Position numbers and translations under genes: made by a program | Source of the DNA: Alphaproteobacteria bacterium | GTDB taxonomy: Bacteria; Pseudomonadota; Alphaproteobacteria; CAAHEQ01; UBA3637 | NCBI GenBank assembly: GCA_017650375.1 | Contig: JAGCFA010000060.1 | Location: 1-32,977, forward strand | Length of the DNA: 32,977 bases | Direction of reading: 5' to 3' | Notes under the pieces: model-generated | Databases searched by the model: none | The model's input: the letters and a program-made list of their open reading frames with translations, nothing else | What the model was told of the DNA's origin: nothing | Shown: positions 1 to 11,079 of the stretch, one piece after another | Layout: every line of letters starts with the position of its first letter | Position numbering within the stretch: position 1 is the stretch's first letter

Positions 1-2
1 CA

Positions 3-791
3 TTAGCAATGACGCTTTATGGAGATATGGATATATCTATTTTGGATGAAAAGCCATCAGGACGAACCCCCGTTATAACACGTATGATGAGTAATAAAAA
101 AATTCCTGAAATCATCCAAAAATTAAAAAGCTGGCCCAATCAGGTTTATTGGGTTTGTCCTTTGGTAGAAGAATCTGAAAAATCAGATTTAGTGGCGGTA
201 AAAGAACGTTTCAACGAGCTTAAACAAGTTTTCGAAAAAGATGTGGCTTTGATTCATGGCAAAATGAAGCTTGATGAAAAAGAAAAAACAATGGCTGATT
301 TTATTTCTGGCAAAACAAAAATTTTAGTTTCTACCACCGTTATAGAAGTGGGCGTTGACGTTCCAAATGCCTCTTTGATGATTATTGAACAAGCAGAACG
401 TTTCGGATTAGCAACATTGCATCAACTGCGAGGACGTGTCGGACGCGGGATTTTGCATTCATCTTGTTTGCTTGTATATGGGAAACTATCAGAAAATGCA
501 CGGCAACGATTGGAATTATTACGCGAAACAGAAGATGGGTTTAAAATTGCTGAAGCTGATTTACAAATGCGAGGAGCCGGTGAAATTTTAGGCTGGCGTC
601 AAAGCGGATTGCAGGAATTTAAGTTAGCTCAATTACCAGAACACACTGAATTATTAAAGCAAGCAACCATAGACGCAAAAAACATTTTAAAAGCAGATCC
701 AATCTTAGCTACAAAGCGAGGGCAGGCTCTGAGAAGTCTTTTGTATTTATTTGAAAAAGATGCTTCCATCCATACACTGAAAGCGGGGTAA
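3..791 (+). CDS. recG: ATP-dependent DNA helicase RecG, C-terminal part (5' truncated by window edge)
   Basis: LAMTLYGDMDIS, VYWVCPLVEES, STTVIEVGVDVPNA, AERFGLATLHQLRGRVGRG, DGFKIAEADLQMRGAGEILG.RQSG (TRG motif); the frame is open to the window start. Confidence 0.97.
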   Translation, partial: LAMTLYGDMDISILDEKPSGRTPVITRMMSNKKIPEIIQKLKSWPNQVYWVCPLVEESEKSDLVAVKERFNELKQVFEKDVALIHGKMKLDEKEKTMADFISGKTKILVSTTVIEVGVDVPNASLMIIEQAERFGLATLHQLRGRVGRGILHSSCLLVYGKLSENARQRLELLRETEDGFKIAEADLQMRGAGEILGWRQSGLQEFKLAQLPEHTELLKQATIDAKNILKADPILATKRGQALRSLLYLFEKDASIHTLKAG

Positions 792-793
792 AT

Positions 794-1231
794 ATGCCAG
801 TACAATTCAAACTTCAACCAAGAACTTATACAAAACAAATGCGTAAAGAATTCGATCATAAAAGGTTGAATCGAGTCTTTGTTTTATGGCTTTATCGGTC
901 AGGACAACTGGATAAATATGTGCGAGAAATCAATTTGGCCAGAGCTGCTCGTGGTTTAATTCCGCATGGATTCGATATTCATCATATTGTGCCGTTATCT
1001 GGTGGCGGGACAAATCGGCTATCAAACCTTTGTTTAATCGAAAAAAGTCTGCATAAATTTATCAATAAAAATTGTTTTGATCCCGTTTTGAAGAATATTC
1101 AAGAAGGAGAAACTGTCATCATTCCTGTTCCGGATTTTGGTCGCATTGCCTTTCGCCAACAGTACGCTTCGTGGATTAACGAGATTTTGGAAAACAAAAA
1201 AACTTGTAAAAATAAAACTTTTGTGGTATAA
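794..1231 (+). CDS. HNH endonuclease-domain protein
   Basis: GFDIHHIVPLSGGGTNRLSNLCLIEKSLHKFIN is an HNH signature; starts 2 bp after the recG stop. Confidence 0.8.
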   Translation: MPVQFKLQPRTYTKQMRKEFDHKRLNRVFVLWLYRSGQLDKYVREINLARAARGLIPHGFDIHHIVPLSGGGTNRLSNLCLIEKSLHKFINKNCFDPVLKNIQEGETVIIPVPDFGRIAFRQQYASWINEILENKKTCKNKTFVV

Positions 1232-1232
1232 T
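1204..1232 (+). promoter_or_regulatory. Putative sigma70 promoter for the pilin-like gene, inside the 3' end of the HNH gene
   Basis: TTGTAA-17 bp-TATAAT with extended -10 TG; AGGAGG RBS at about 1252-1257 before ATG 1263. Confidence 0.6.
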
Positions 1233-1262
1233 AGTGGGAATTTTTCCATAAAGGAGGATTAT

Positions 1263-4200
1263 ATGAGCAAAAAACATTCTGAATCCGGTCGTAGCTTATT
1301 AGAAATTGTCGTTGTTTTAGGCATCGTTGCTTTATTGATGATTATCACTTCATTGGGATATAGTTTCATTTCATTAAAGTATCGTGAAAAAGAATCTGTC
1401 AAGCAGGTATCCGAATTGGCGGTGCGTTATAAATTGAATCCCGTTAAACCAAAAGAAGGTAAAAAAAGAATCCCCCTTAAAACAATCTATCCGGAAGCTG
1501 TTTTAACCGAAGCTAGTGAAGCTTTAGTAACACCAGATACAACATCAACACGCGTTTATTTGCAACCATATGAGGAAACATCTGCTTTCAGTATCGTTGT
1601 CAATCAAACTTTACCAGGGACATGTGAAGAGTTATTGGAAAGCGGCGAATACGATATGGTCGTGTTTAAAGAAGGAGTATCCATTGAAGAGGCTTTAACT
1701 ACCCAAGGCGAAACAGAAAAAAACGCTTTCAGTCGGGATTATTTAATGAGCCCTGAAGGCAAGGAATTAATTCAAAAAATATGTGCACAAGAAAAAGAAA
1801 CAAAAAAAGTTACCGGTTTAGGATTGGTCTTTGACAAGCGCTGTCCTGGATTAGGAAAGAGCTTTTGGTACAGAGGTCAATGTTGGAACTGCCCCATTAC
1901 ACAGGTACAAGATATTCATGGTGCTTGTTGTTCTTCCTTGAATGAATGTGGTGTCTGCCGTTGTCCTAATGGTGCTTGTAAAACAGAAACAAAAACTTGT
2001 GTGGAATGTGTTAACGATGCTAATTGTGCCAATAATTCAAAAGGACATAGGTGTGACACAACAACAAACAAATGTGTTTCCTGTCTTGCAGATAGCGATT
2101 GTGCGGAAGGATCTTATTGTACATCCGGTCATACCTGCGTCCAATGTGATACGTTGGACGAAAAAAAACATCTGCTTTGGAATTCCAAAACTGATGAATG
2201 TGAATGTGCTAAACCTTTGTTAGCTCTTGGGCAAGACTGTGAAGAGGAGACAAATTGTTGTGGCACGGGTTTAACATGCCATGAGGGTATTTGTAATGAA
2301 TGTTGGGAACACAAAGGCCCACAACCAAAAGTAGGCGCATGTAATAGTGCTGATTTCCCTATTTGTAAACCAACTGGAAATGGTGCAAATAAATGTGAAA
2401 GATGCCCTCAAACACCAACCGCTATTGGTGACGAATGCTACGAAGTATGTGGAGGTTGTTCTGCAGCTGTCAATTTGACTTGCGATACAACACGAAATCA
2501 ATGTGTTTGCAGTGACAATTTACATTGGAATGGTGTACGTTGCGTCGAATGTACTGAAAATAGCCATTGCCCCACTGGAACAACTTGTAGTGTCACTGGT
2601 TCCTGTGAAGGCTGTACAGCTAATTCTTCCTGCCCCAGTTGCCAGGCTTTAGATCCGACAAAGCCGTATTGGGATGGAACAAAGTGTATCGAATGTTTCG
2701 CAAATGGACCAGAAGGCGGATGTGTCGATCCAACAAAACCACGTTGTAATTTGACAACAAATGTTTGCGAACCTTGTCCGACTACTGCTCCAAATTGGGA
2801 TGGAACAAAGTGTGTTGAATGCGTCAACAACAGTCATTGTCCTGTAGGAAAAACATGTGATATAACAAATTCTTGCAAAGACTGCGCAATCAATTCTTCC
2901 TGCCCCAGTTGTCTGGCTTTAGATCCGACAAAGCCGTATTGGGATGGAACAAAGTGTATCGAATGTTTCGCAAATGGACCAGAAGGCGGATGTGTCGATC
3001 CAACAAAGCCACGTTGTAATTTGACAACAAATGTTTGTGAACCTTGTCCGACTACTGCTCCAAATTGGGATGGAACAAAGTGTGTTGAATGTTCAGAACC
3101 AAGCCATTGCCCTGCGGGTAAAACTTGTAATAGTTCAAATTCTTGTGAAGATTGCGCAATCAATTCTTCCTGCCCCAGTTGTCTGGCCCTGGATCCTGAA
3201 AAACCATATTGGGATGGAACCCAATGTATTGGGTGTTCTGCAAATGGACCAGCCGGTGGTTGTACTGAAGAAAAACCTGTATGTAATAAAGAGACAAAAG
3301 TTTGTGAACCTTGTCCAGCAGAAACACCTAACTGGAACGGATTGCGGTGTTTGGAATGTTTTTCTCACAGTCATTGTGCTGATCGAACAGATGGGCGCGT
3401 AACTTGTGATATCAACAGTCATATGTGTATTGAATGTCCGGATAATGCTTCCGGTGTACCGACAGATCAACGTATTGGTTTAACGGCATGTTATTGTCGT
3501 CCTGGTTATGTCGTCAACAGCATCGGTACAAAATGTGTTGAAAATTGCTTTTCCGATGTTGACTGCGCAGGCCGGACGGATGGAAGCACCTCATGCGATC
3601 TACAAACACATCGTTGTGTAAGCTGTCCAGAAGGATACTTCATGGAAAATGGTTCATGTAAGACCTGTGGAACAGACAGAAATTGCGTTTGTAACCGTTA
3701 TGGTTTATCCCCTTGGACAGCCGGAGCTAGTTGTGGAAAAGGGAAAAGCTTATATGTCACATTCGAAGGATATTTAATCTTGGATAAAGATGTAACAGAA
3801 ATCGGTCAAGGTCAAGGCTGTCGCACGGGAACATTGACTTTGACTTCTGAAGAAACAGGGGAAGTTTTCACAATTCCCGCGAAAGGGTATTCCGATGCAT
3901 ATAAACCATTCAAAGTTAACTTGAAAAAAGGTGTCTATAAAGCCGTCCTTCAGACAAATCATGCAAAAGGGATGGAATTTTGTTATCCATCTTATGATTC
4001 CAATTTGGGATATGCAGCAATGTGTACAGGAAAATACTATAAGGTCTGCCCTAAAGGAACTTTCTTAGATACCGGATCAAATATGTGTGTTAATTGCTTA
4101 AGTGACTATGGCACTGGAGAAGAAGGAGCTTGTGCTAATTTATCAAAACCATGGTGCAATCCGTCCAGCAATTCTTGCGAAGCTTGCTCGGCCAATAAAC

Positions 4201-5006
4201 CTTATTGGAACACAGCACGACGTGAATGCGTGGAATGTATGTCAGATGCTCATTGCGCTAATCGGACAGACGGAAAAACCATTTGCGATACATCTACAAA
4301 CCTTTGTTTCCCCAAAAATAATCCATATCATCTGGGGCAAACGATTTTTGAATCTGAAACACCAAACACATATTATGTGAACCTCTATCCAGGAATCTAT
4401 GACATAGTCATTGTTGGTGCCGGTGGTGGAAACCGTGGTATTCGTGAAAAGCATAATCATAACTCTGGTACGGGTGCTAGCGGTGGTTCTGGGGCTGGTT
4501 TTGTCGGAACAATTACTGTTACTAAAGCTAAAAATAACGTAGCCGTTCATGTTGGAAAAGGTGGAAAATATAAGTTCACTGACCAGTGTTGCGTTGGTGA
4601 AAAAGCAACAGATGGAGAAGCTTCAAGCATTTCTGGAATTATTTCTTGTCCTGGTGGAATGGCAGGAAGTGTTCAGAGCGACTATAATCAAGCTACTGCT
4701 GGTACGGGCGGATCTGCATGTACTATTTCAGGCAAGGTTGTTTCAAGCTTAATAAAAAAAGCAGGATCAACAGGTCATACTGGTTCTGCTAAGAAATCAG
4801 GTAATCTGACGGCTGTTCCTGGAACGACATCCGTTGTCAGCAACTTTGTTCCCAATAACAATGGGGGTACTCCAGGATTCTGTGCCGGATGGTGGATGAA
4901 TGGGATGTATGAAGCGGGTCAACACAGTTGTGGTAGTGGTTTAACGAATACTTCCATGACAGATAGTCCTTCTGGATACGTTAAGATTATCTATAAAGGT
5001 AATTAG
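1263..5006 (+). CDS. Giant Cys-rich type IV pilin-like (prepilin-type N-terminus) surface protein, 1247 aa, with C-terminal Gly-rich domain
   Basis: Start moved to ATG 1263 (strong RBS). MSKKHSESG|RSLLEIVVVLGIVALLMII is a class III-like signal with E5 and a hydrophobic helix; long CxxC/CxEC repeat stalk; C-terminal YDIVIVGAGGG...GGSGAG...SGYVKIIY. Confidence 0.85.
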   Translation: MSKKHSESGRSLLEIVVVLGIVALLMIITSLGYSFISLKYREKESVKQVSELAVRYKLNPVKPKEGKKRIPLKTIYPEAVLTEASEALVTPDTTSTRVYLQPYEETSAFSIVVNQTLPGTCEELLESGEYDMVVFKEGVSIEEALTTQGETEKNAFSRDYLMSPEGKELIQKICAQEKETKKVTGLGLVFDKRCPGLGKSFWYRGQCWNCPITQVQDIHGACCSSLNECGVCRCPNGACKTETKTCVECVNDANCANNSKGHRCDTTTNKCVSCLADSDCAEGSYCTSGHTCVQCDTLDEKKHLLWNSKTDECECAKPLLALGQDCEEETNCCGTGLTCHEGICNECWEHKGPQPKVGACNSADFPICKPTGNGANKCERCPQTPTAIGDECYEVCGGCSAAVNLTCDTTRNQCVCSDNLHWNGVRCVECTENSHCPTGTTCSVTGSCEGCTANSSCPSCQALDPTKPYWDGTKCIECFANGPEGGCVDPTKPRCNLTTNVCEPCPTTAPNWDGTKCVECVNNSHCPVGKTCDITNSCKDCAINSSCPSCLALDPTKPYWDGTKCIECFANGPEGGCVDPTKPRCNLTTNVCEPCPTTAPNWDGTKCVECSEPSHCPAGKTCNSSNSCEDCAINSSCPSCLALDPEKPYWDGTQCIGCSANGPAGGCTEEKPVCNKETKVCEPCPAETPNWNGLRCLECFSHSHCADRTDGRVTCDINSHMCIECPDNASGVPTDQRIGLTACYCRPGYVVNSIGTKCVENCFSDVDCAGRTDGSTSCDLQTHRCVSCPEGYFMENGSCKTCGTDRNCVCNRYGLSPWTAGASCGKGKSLYVTFEGYLILDKDVTEIGQGQGCRTGTLTLTSEETGEVFTIPAKGYSDAYKPFKVNLKKGVYKAVLQTNHAKGMEFCYPSYDSNLGYAAMCTGKYYKVCPKGTFLDTGSNMCVNCLSDYGTGEEGACANLSKPWCNPSSNSCEACSANKPYWNTARRECVECMSDAHCANRTDGKTICDTSTNLCFPKNNPYHLGQTIFESETPNTYYVNLYPGIYDIVIVGAGGGNRGIREKHNHNSGTGASGGSGAGFVGTITVTKAKNNVAVHVGKGGKYKFTDQCCVGEKATDGEASSISGIISCPGGMAGSVQSDYNQATAGTGGSACTISGKVVSSLIKKAGSTGHTGSAKKSGNLTAVPGTTSVVSNFVPNNNGGTPGFCAGWWMNGMYEAGQHSCGSGLTNTSMTDSPSGYVKIIYKGN
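2523..3380 (+). repeat. Intragenic tandem repeat, 270-bp (90-aa) period, about 3 copies
   Basis: aattcttcctgccccagtt recurs at 2622, 2892 and 3162; 2622-2821 and 2892-3091 differ at only 4 of 200 positions by manual comparison. Confidence 0.95.
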
Positions 5007-5023
5007 AATCCTTTTTAAGAAAG

Positions 5024-5051
5024 AAAACAGCCCCAATATTGGGGCTGTTTT
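5024..5051. terminator. Bidirectional intrinsic terminator
   Basis: Perfect 28-bp palindrome aaaacagccccaat|attggggctgtttt between convergent genes. Confidence 0.85.
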
Positions 5052-5488
5052 TAATAATTCATCCGAGGAGGAAGATGTCTTAAACGTACCAAATAAGGCT
5101 TGATAGGTTTATCTCGAGAAATGACGTGTCCCAGAAACCATACGCTTAAAAAAGCAATTGTTTTTTGAGCAATTTCAAATTTAGGACCACGGTCAACCAT
5201 TTTTTCATACTTTTGGCGAAATGAAGAGATATTTTTGATGAACAGTTGATGACTGACAATATGTTCTTCTAGTTCAGGATAGTTAATGCGTTCCATAATG
5301 TCTTCTTCGTGAGAAAAATGGTTGCGTACATAGTCATAGCAGGCTTCAAACATATGGTCTATTTTGGCAATATCCCGTTCCCGCAATCCTTCTGAGGCTT
5401 TGTTGATTTCTTCCAAAAACGCTTTGTGTTCATCATCCAAGGGCGGATAATTCAAGCTCATTTGTTCCCGCCAAGATAAAACTGCCAT
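5051..5488 (-). CDS. Bacteriohemerythrin (single domain)
   Basis: W..., DDEHK, HFSHEE, HxxxH (EEHIVSH) and WFLGHVISRD iron-ligand motifs; start at ATG 5488 after a G-rich RBS. Confidence 0.9.
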   Translation of the reverse strand: MAVLSWREQMSLNYPPLDDEHKAFLEEINKASEGLRERDIAKIDHMFEACYDYVRNHFSHEEDIMERINYPELEEHIVSHQLFIKNISSFRQKYEKMVDRGPKFEIAQKTIAFLSVWFLGHVISRDKPIKPYLVRLRHLPPRMNY

Positions 5489-5507
5489 TTTTCCCCCTTT
5501 CGTTTTT

Positions 5508-6608
5508 TTAGGTATTGAACAGAAAGTGTACAACATCTCCGTCTTGCATTATATAACTTTTTCCTTCCTGACGCAAGAGGCCTTTTTCACGTGCTCCAGA
5601 TTCACCCTGACACGCAATATAATCTTTGTAAGAAACCACTTCAGCCCGAATGAATCCGCGTTCAAAATCACTGTGGATAATGCCGGCGGCCTGAGGGGCC
5701 AAAATCCCCTTATGCATGGTCCAAGCATGTGATTCCTTGGGACCCGATGTAAAGAAAGTTTCCAGCCCTAATAACTGATAGCCCGCCTTAATAATGCGTG
5801 CTAAGCCCGTTTCCTTTAATCCTAAAGTTTCCAAGAATTCCCCTTGTTCAGATAAAGGCAATTGTGCAATTTCTTGTTCAATGCTGGCAGAAATGATAAC
5901 AGCGGAATTGCCTTGTTTTGTGGCCATTTCCTCAACTTGTTTTGAAAATTCATTTCCTGTAGCAGCAGATCCTTCGTCCACGTTGCACACATAAAGCACC
6001 GGTTTCCCTGTCAATAATCCCAGCTGATTGAATAATTTCAGGGCATCTGCATCTTCTGGTTTTGCCACACGCGCCGGCTTTCCATCCTGTAAAGCCTTTA
6101 ATACAGGTTCCATCACGGCAACCCAAGCTTTTGATTCTTTATCACCAGCCTGCGCTTTTTTCTGAATAGGAACGATCCGTTTTTCCATGGATTCCAAATC
6201 AGCTAACATCAATTCTGTTTCAACAGTTTCAGCATCTCGAATAGGATTGACAGACCCTTCCACATGTACCACATTGGGATCTTCGAAACAGCGCAAAACG
6301 TGGATAATAGCATCCACTTCGCGAATATTGGCTAAAAATTGATTACCCAGTCCTTCGCCCTTGCTGGCCCCGCGCACAAGCCCTGCAATATCCACAAACT
6401 CTAACTGAGTGGGAACAATCTTTTCAGCTTTATCAATTTTTTGCAATTCATCCAAACGACTATCCGGCACAGCAACACGCCCGACATTTGGTTCAATTGT
6501 ACAAAACGGATAGTTCGCCGCCTGTGCATTGACAGTAGCGGTTAGCGCATTAAACAAAGTTGATTTCCCGACGTTCGGTAATCCCACAATTCCACAATTA
6601 AATCCCAT
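5508..6608 (-). CDS. ychF: Redox-regulated ATPase YchF (Obg family)
   Basis: [55 protein letters not shown]-terminal TGS domain. Confidence 0.97.
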   Translation of the reverse strand: MGFNCGIVGLPNVGKSTLFNALTATVNAQAANYPFCTIEPNVGRVAVPDSRLDELQKIDKAEKIVPTQLEFVDIAGLVRGASKGEGLGNQFLANIREVDAIIHVLRCFEDPNVVHVEGSVNPIRDAETVETELMLADLESMEKRIVPIQKKAQAGDKESKAWVAVMEPVLKALQDGKPARVAKPEDADALKLFNQLGLLTGKPVLYVCNVDEGSAATGNEFSKQVEEMATKQGNSAVIISASIEQEIAQLPLSEQGEFLETLGLKETGLARIIKAGYQLLGLETFFTSGPKESHAWTMHKGILAPQAAGIIHSDFERGFIRAEVVSYKDYIACQGESGAREKGLLRQEGKSYIMQDGDVVHFLFNT

Positions 6609-6686
6609 TTTATAAGCCTTTCTTTTATTGAGGTTATTATCGTACAAAATAATTTTTTTTTCAAGAAGTTTTTTTAATAAAGATTT

Positions 6687-6714
6687 AAAAAAGCCCCTTG
6701 ATTAAAGGGGCTTT
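6687..6714 (-). terminator. Intrinsic terminator after eno
   Basis: aaagcccctt-loop-aaggggcttt hairpin with a U-run on the minus strand. Confidence 0.75.
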
Positions 6715-6734
6715 CATTTTTCGGATTTAACCGA

Positions 6735-8045
<1,311 letters not shown>

Positions 8046-8056
8046 TTAAGCAAATG

Positions 8057-8437
8057 TTAATAGCGCTGATTTTGCACCATTTTTCTTGAAATTGCAAGAG
8101 ATTTTTGCGGATGCAAACAAACCATTTCTTCAAATTTTTGTCTTTCATTGTCTGATAAATACGTGTAAGCATTCAGAACCTTGATATACGGGATAAGAAG
8201 CTGCTTATTTTTAATTCTAGAATACGACATATATTCAGGGTAATAAGATAAATCTCCCGATAAAAAATTGCTTAAATTTTGAGCTATTTCCAAAGATAAA
8301 CTCCCAGCATCCGATGATTTTTCAGCTCTTTTTCGTGCATAGGAATTAAATTTATAAATAAAAAATGCTCTATCTCTAAAAGTTAACTTCTGCATTTTTT
8401 GAGCAAATTTTCTAAAACAAACAATTCTATTTTCCAT
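8057..8437 (-). CDS. Hypothetical protein (orphan, paralog of 8550-9083)
   Basis: 126-aa ORF with AAGGA RBS, co-oriented with neighbours; shares two motifs with the adjacent ORF. Confidence 0.65.
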   Translation of the reverse strand: MENRIVCFRKFAQKMQKLTFRDRAFFIYKFNSYARKRAEKSSDAGSLSLEIAQNLSNFLSGDLSYYPEYMSYSRIKNKQLLIPYIKVLNAYTYLSDNERQKFEEMVCLHPQKSLAISRKMVQNQRY

Positions 8438-8549
8438 TTTTCCTTTTCCTTATTAATTTTTTATCAACATTCTTTTTGAAAAAAACAAGTTTTCAAGTGC
8501 CTATGTACCATTTTAGTCAAAGCTTCTGATTTTTTTCACAATATTTTCT

Positions 8550-9083
8550 TTATCTTGACCTGTATGAAAGGGTCATCCTTTTCAGAGTTCCTTCATTGAA
8601 TAAAACAGCATCATTGAAAGCCTTTCTTTCATCCAAGGATGCATTATTATAACTTCCAATAACTGCGTAATAACGTCGATTTTGTTCCGGCGTAATCAGT
8701 TTAATCAGTTTGTGGTCTGTTGTTTCCTTTAAAATAGCCTTCGTTTCCACCAAATTTCTGCCCTCATCCAACAATAAAACAGCAGAAAGCAGAAATTGGC
8801 GTAAGGCAGAATTTGCCTTTCCTACAGTATCATCAACGTCTTCTCTTTTTCCCCCGCTTCCACAAAAGGACATCAGTCTTAATCCCCTGGCTTCGTGCAA
8901 TACATATTGCTTCATTTTATCCAATAAAAATATTTTAGATTCAACGGGCAGAGGGGAAAATTGTTTACGAAAAACATTTAGAATTTTTTTCCCTGCTTCC
9001 GATGCAGAGGGCGGAATTGAAATGTATTGTTCCGCAAAAGCATCCATTTGCTTTGGATTCATTCTTGGTTCTTGAGAAATCAT
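8550..9083 (-). CDS. Hypothetical protein (orphan, paralog of 8057-8437)
   Basis: 177-aa ORF starting 2 bp after the kdsA stop, with an RBS in the kdsA tail. Confidence 0.7.
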   Translation of the reverse strand: MISQEPRMNPKQMDAFAEQYISIPPSASEAGKKILNVFRKQFSPLPVESKIFLLDKMKQYVLHEARGLRLMSFCGSGGKREDVDDTVGKANSALRQFLLSAVLLLDEGRNLVETKAILKETTDHKLIKLITPEQNRRYYAVIGSYNNASLDERKAFNDAVLFNEGTLKRMTLSYRSR

Positions 9084-9085
9084 CT

Positions 9086-9907
9086 TTATCCTTTCTTAGT
9101 GAGGTTATCCAAGTCCCGTAAACGCACTAAAACAGATTCCATATCTTTTAAAGGAATCATATTTGGTCCGTCACTGGGCGCTTTATCAGGTGTTTCATGC
9201 GTTTCAATGAAAATCCCTGAAATACCAGTCGTAATAGCCGCATTAGCTAAAACAGGAGCAAACTCACGTTGCCCACCACTGGCTCCCCCTAATCCCCCCG
9301 GTTGTTGAACAGAATGAGTCGCATCAAAAATAACCGGATATCCCGTTTGTTTCATTTGCGGCAGCGAACGCATATCCACCACCAAAGTGTTATATCCAAA
9401 TGATGTCCCCCGTTCTGTCAGCATAATTTTATTATTTCCAGTACTTTCAATTTTAGCCACTACATTTTTCATATCCCATGGGGCCAAAAATTGACCTTTT
9501 TTTACATTAATGGCACGTCCCGTACGACCTGCTGCCAATAATAAATCTGTTTGGCGACAAAGAAAAGCCGGAATCTGTAAAATATCCAAAACCTCTCCTG
9601 CTACGGCACATTGATAAGGTTCGTGCACATCGGTCAAGCAGGCACACCCCACTTTTTCTTTAATATCAGCAAAGGCCTGAATCCCAGCGCTTAAGCCCAT
9701 CCCGCGAATACCGTTAACACTGGTGCGATTTGCCTTATCAAACGAGGCTTTGAATACGAAAGGAATACCCAATTTTTCTGTTAATTCCTTTAAAGCTAAA
9801 GCCATTTCCATCCCGTGCTGGGTCGATTCCATTTGACAAGGACCAGCAATCAAAACGAAGGGCGTATCGTTTGAAAAAACGATTTCTTTTACTTTCACAT
9901 CTGTCAT
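9086..9907 (-). CDS. kdsA: 3-deoxy-D-manno-octulosonate 8-phosphate synthase
   Basis: [55 protein letters not shown]. Confidence 0.98.
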   Translation of the reverse strand: MTDVKVKEIVFSNDTPFVLIAGPCQMESTQHGMEMALALKELTEKLGIPFVFKASFDKANRTSVNGIRGMGLSAGIQAFADIKEKVGCACLTDVHEPYQCAVAGEVLDILQIPAFLCRQTDLLLAAGRTGRAINVKKGQFLAPWDMKNVVAKIESTGNNKIMLTERGTSFGYNTLVVDMRSLPQMKQTGYPVIFDATHSVQQPGGLGGASGGQREFAPVLANAAITTGISGIFIETHETPDKAPSDGPNMIPLKDMESVLVRLRDLDNLTKKG

Positions 9908-9910
9908 AAT

Positions 9911-10210
9911 TTACTCCTCAACTGGCGCTGTGGCGGGTGTTTCTGTTGTCACCGGAATCAAGGAAACATCTTCTGGCTGAGAGGCATGTTTTGCCATAAT
10001 AACTAAAGACAAACTGGTGCAAACAAATGCCGTAAAAAAGTACTTGGTGAGTTTACTGAGTAAATTCCCTGTTTGTCGGCTGGTCAAAAAATTAGCGGCG
10101 CTATTATTTCCGCCCAGACCACCCAAACTCCCTTCGGAACGTTGCAATAACACCAATACCGTAATACCGGCGGCCAATAAAATATGAACAACTAAAATAA
10201 ATGAATACAT
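9911..10210 (-). CDS. secG: Preprotein translocase subunit SecG
   Basis: Two TM helices, LVLLQRSEG.LGGLGG; directly after tpiA. Confidence 0.93.
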   Translation of the reverse strand: MYSFILVVHILLAAGITVLVLLQRSEGSLGGLGGNNSAANFLTSRQTGNLLSKLTKYFFTAFVCTSLSLVIMAKHASQPEDVSLIPVTTETPATAPVEE

Positions 10211-10238
10211 GATCTTTTTCCTTTCATCTCGTTTATTT

Positions 10239-10997
10239 TTACATCAGTGTTTCAGCAATTGCCCAAAAGGAATCAGCTTTCAAGCTGGCGCCACCAATCA
10301 AAGCACCATCTACATTCTCAACATTTAAAAGCTCTTTAGCGTTTTCGGGTTTCACAGAACCGCCATATAAAATACGCATTTTATCAGCTTTTTCTTGTCC
10401 CAAAACTTTTGCCAGTTCATCACGCACTGCCGCATGAATTTCAGCCACATCAGCTGTGGTTGGGACTTTACCCGTTCCAATCGCCCAAACGGGTTCATAA
10501 GCAATCACACAATTTTCAGCTGTGGCCTGCATCGGCACACATTCGCGCGTTTGGCGACGGACAACATCCACCGCTTGACCTGCTTCACGTTCAGCTAAAG
10601 TTTCACCAATACAGATCACTGTTGTCAGACCGGCACCGATAGCATTCAAAGCCTTTTGTTTCACAACAGCATCTGTTTCATGATGATATTGACGGCGTTC
10701 AGAATGCCCAACCAAAGTCCATGTGGCCCCTAAATCAAGTACCATTTGCGCAGAAATATCACCGGTAAAAGCACCGTTTGGTTTTGTTGTTTCCGCCACA
10801 TCCTGTGCTCCAACAAAAGCCCCCGCATGTGGCAATTCAGCAACAAAGCCCAACACATTCATAGGCGGACAGACCAAAATATCAAAAGTCTTATCAGGGG
10901 TTGTGGCACATTTTTCAAAAACAGCTTTTGCCAAAGCAATTCCTTCAGCCTTTAAACCGTTCATTTTCCAATTTCCTGCAATCAATTTACGACGCAT
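10239..10997 (-). CDS. tpiA: Triosephosphate isomerase
   Basis: IAGNWKMN, VGHSERR, AYEPVWAIGTG, LYGGSVKP, LIGGASL; start at ATG 10997 with AAGGAG. Confidence 0.98.
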   Translation of the reverse strand: MRRKLIAGNWKMNGLKAEGIALAKAVFEKCATTPDKTFDILVCPPMNVLGFVAELPHAGAFVGAQDVAETTKPNGAFTGDISAQMVLDLGATWTLVGHSERRQYHHETDAVVKQKALNAIGAGLTTVICIGETLAEREAGQAVDVVRRQTRECVPMQATAENCVIAYEPVWAIGTGKVPTTADVAEIHAAVRDELAKVLGQEKADKMRILYGGSVKPENAKELLNVENVDGALIGGASLKADSFWAIAETLM

Positions 10998-11079
10998 TTT
11001 TTGCTCCTTTTTAAGCGTTTCATATAATAGTTGTTTTTTTAGCATAAAATAGGACAAAAAGCAAGTTTTTTGTTAAAAT

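Noticed and set aside
1137-1262. Upstream extension of the 1289-aa ORF
   Set aside because: Overlaps the HNH gene; the promoter, the AGGAGG RBS and the prepilin leader all point to ATG 1263
2523-3380. CRISPR array or DGR template/variable repeat
   Set aside because: In-frame 270-bp coding repeats with no spacers; mismatches are not adenine-specific; no cas or reverse transcriptase gene nearby
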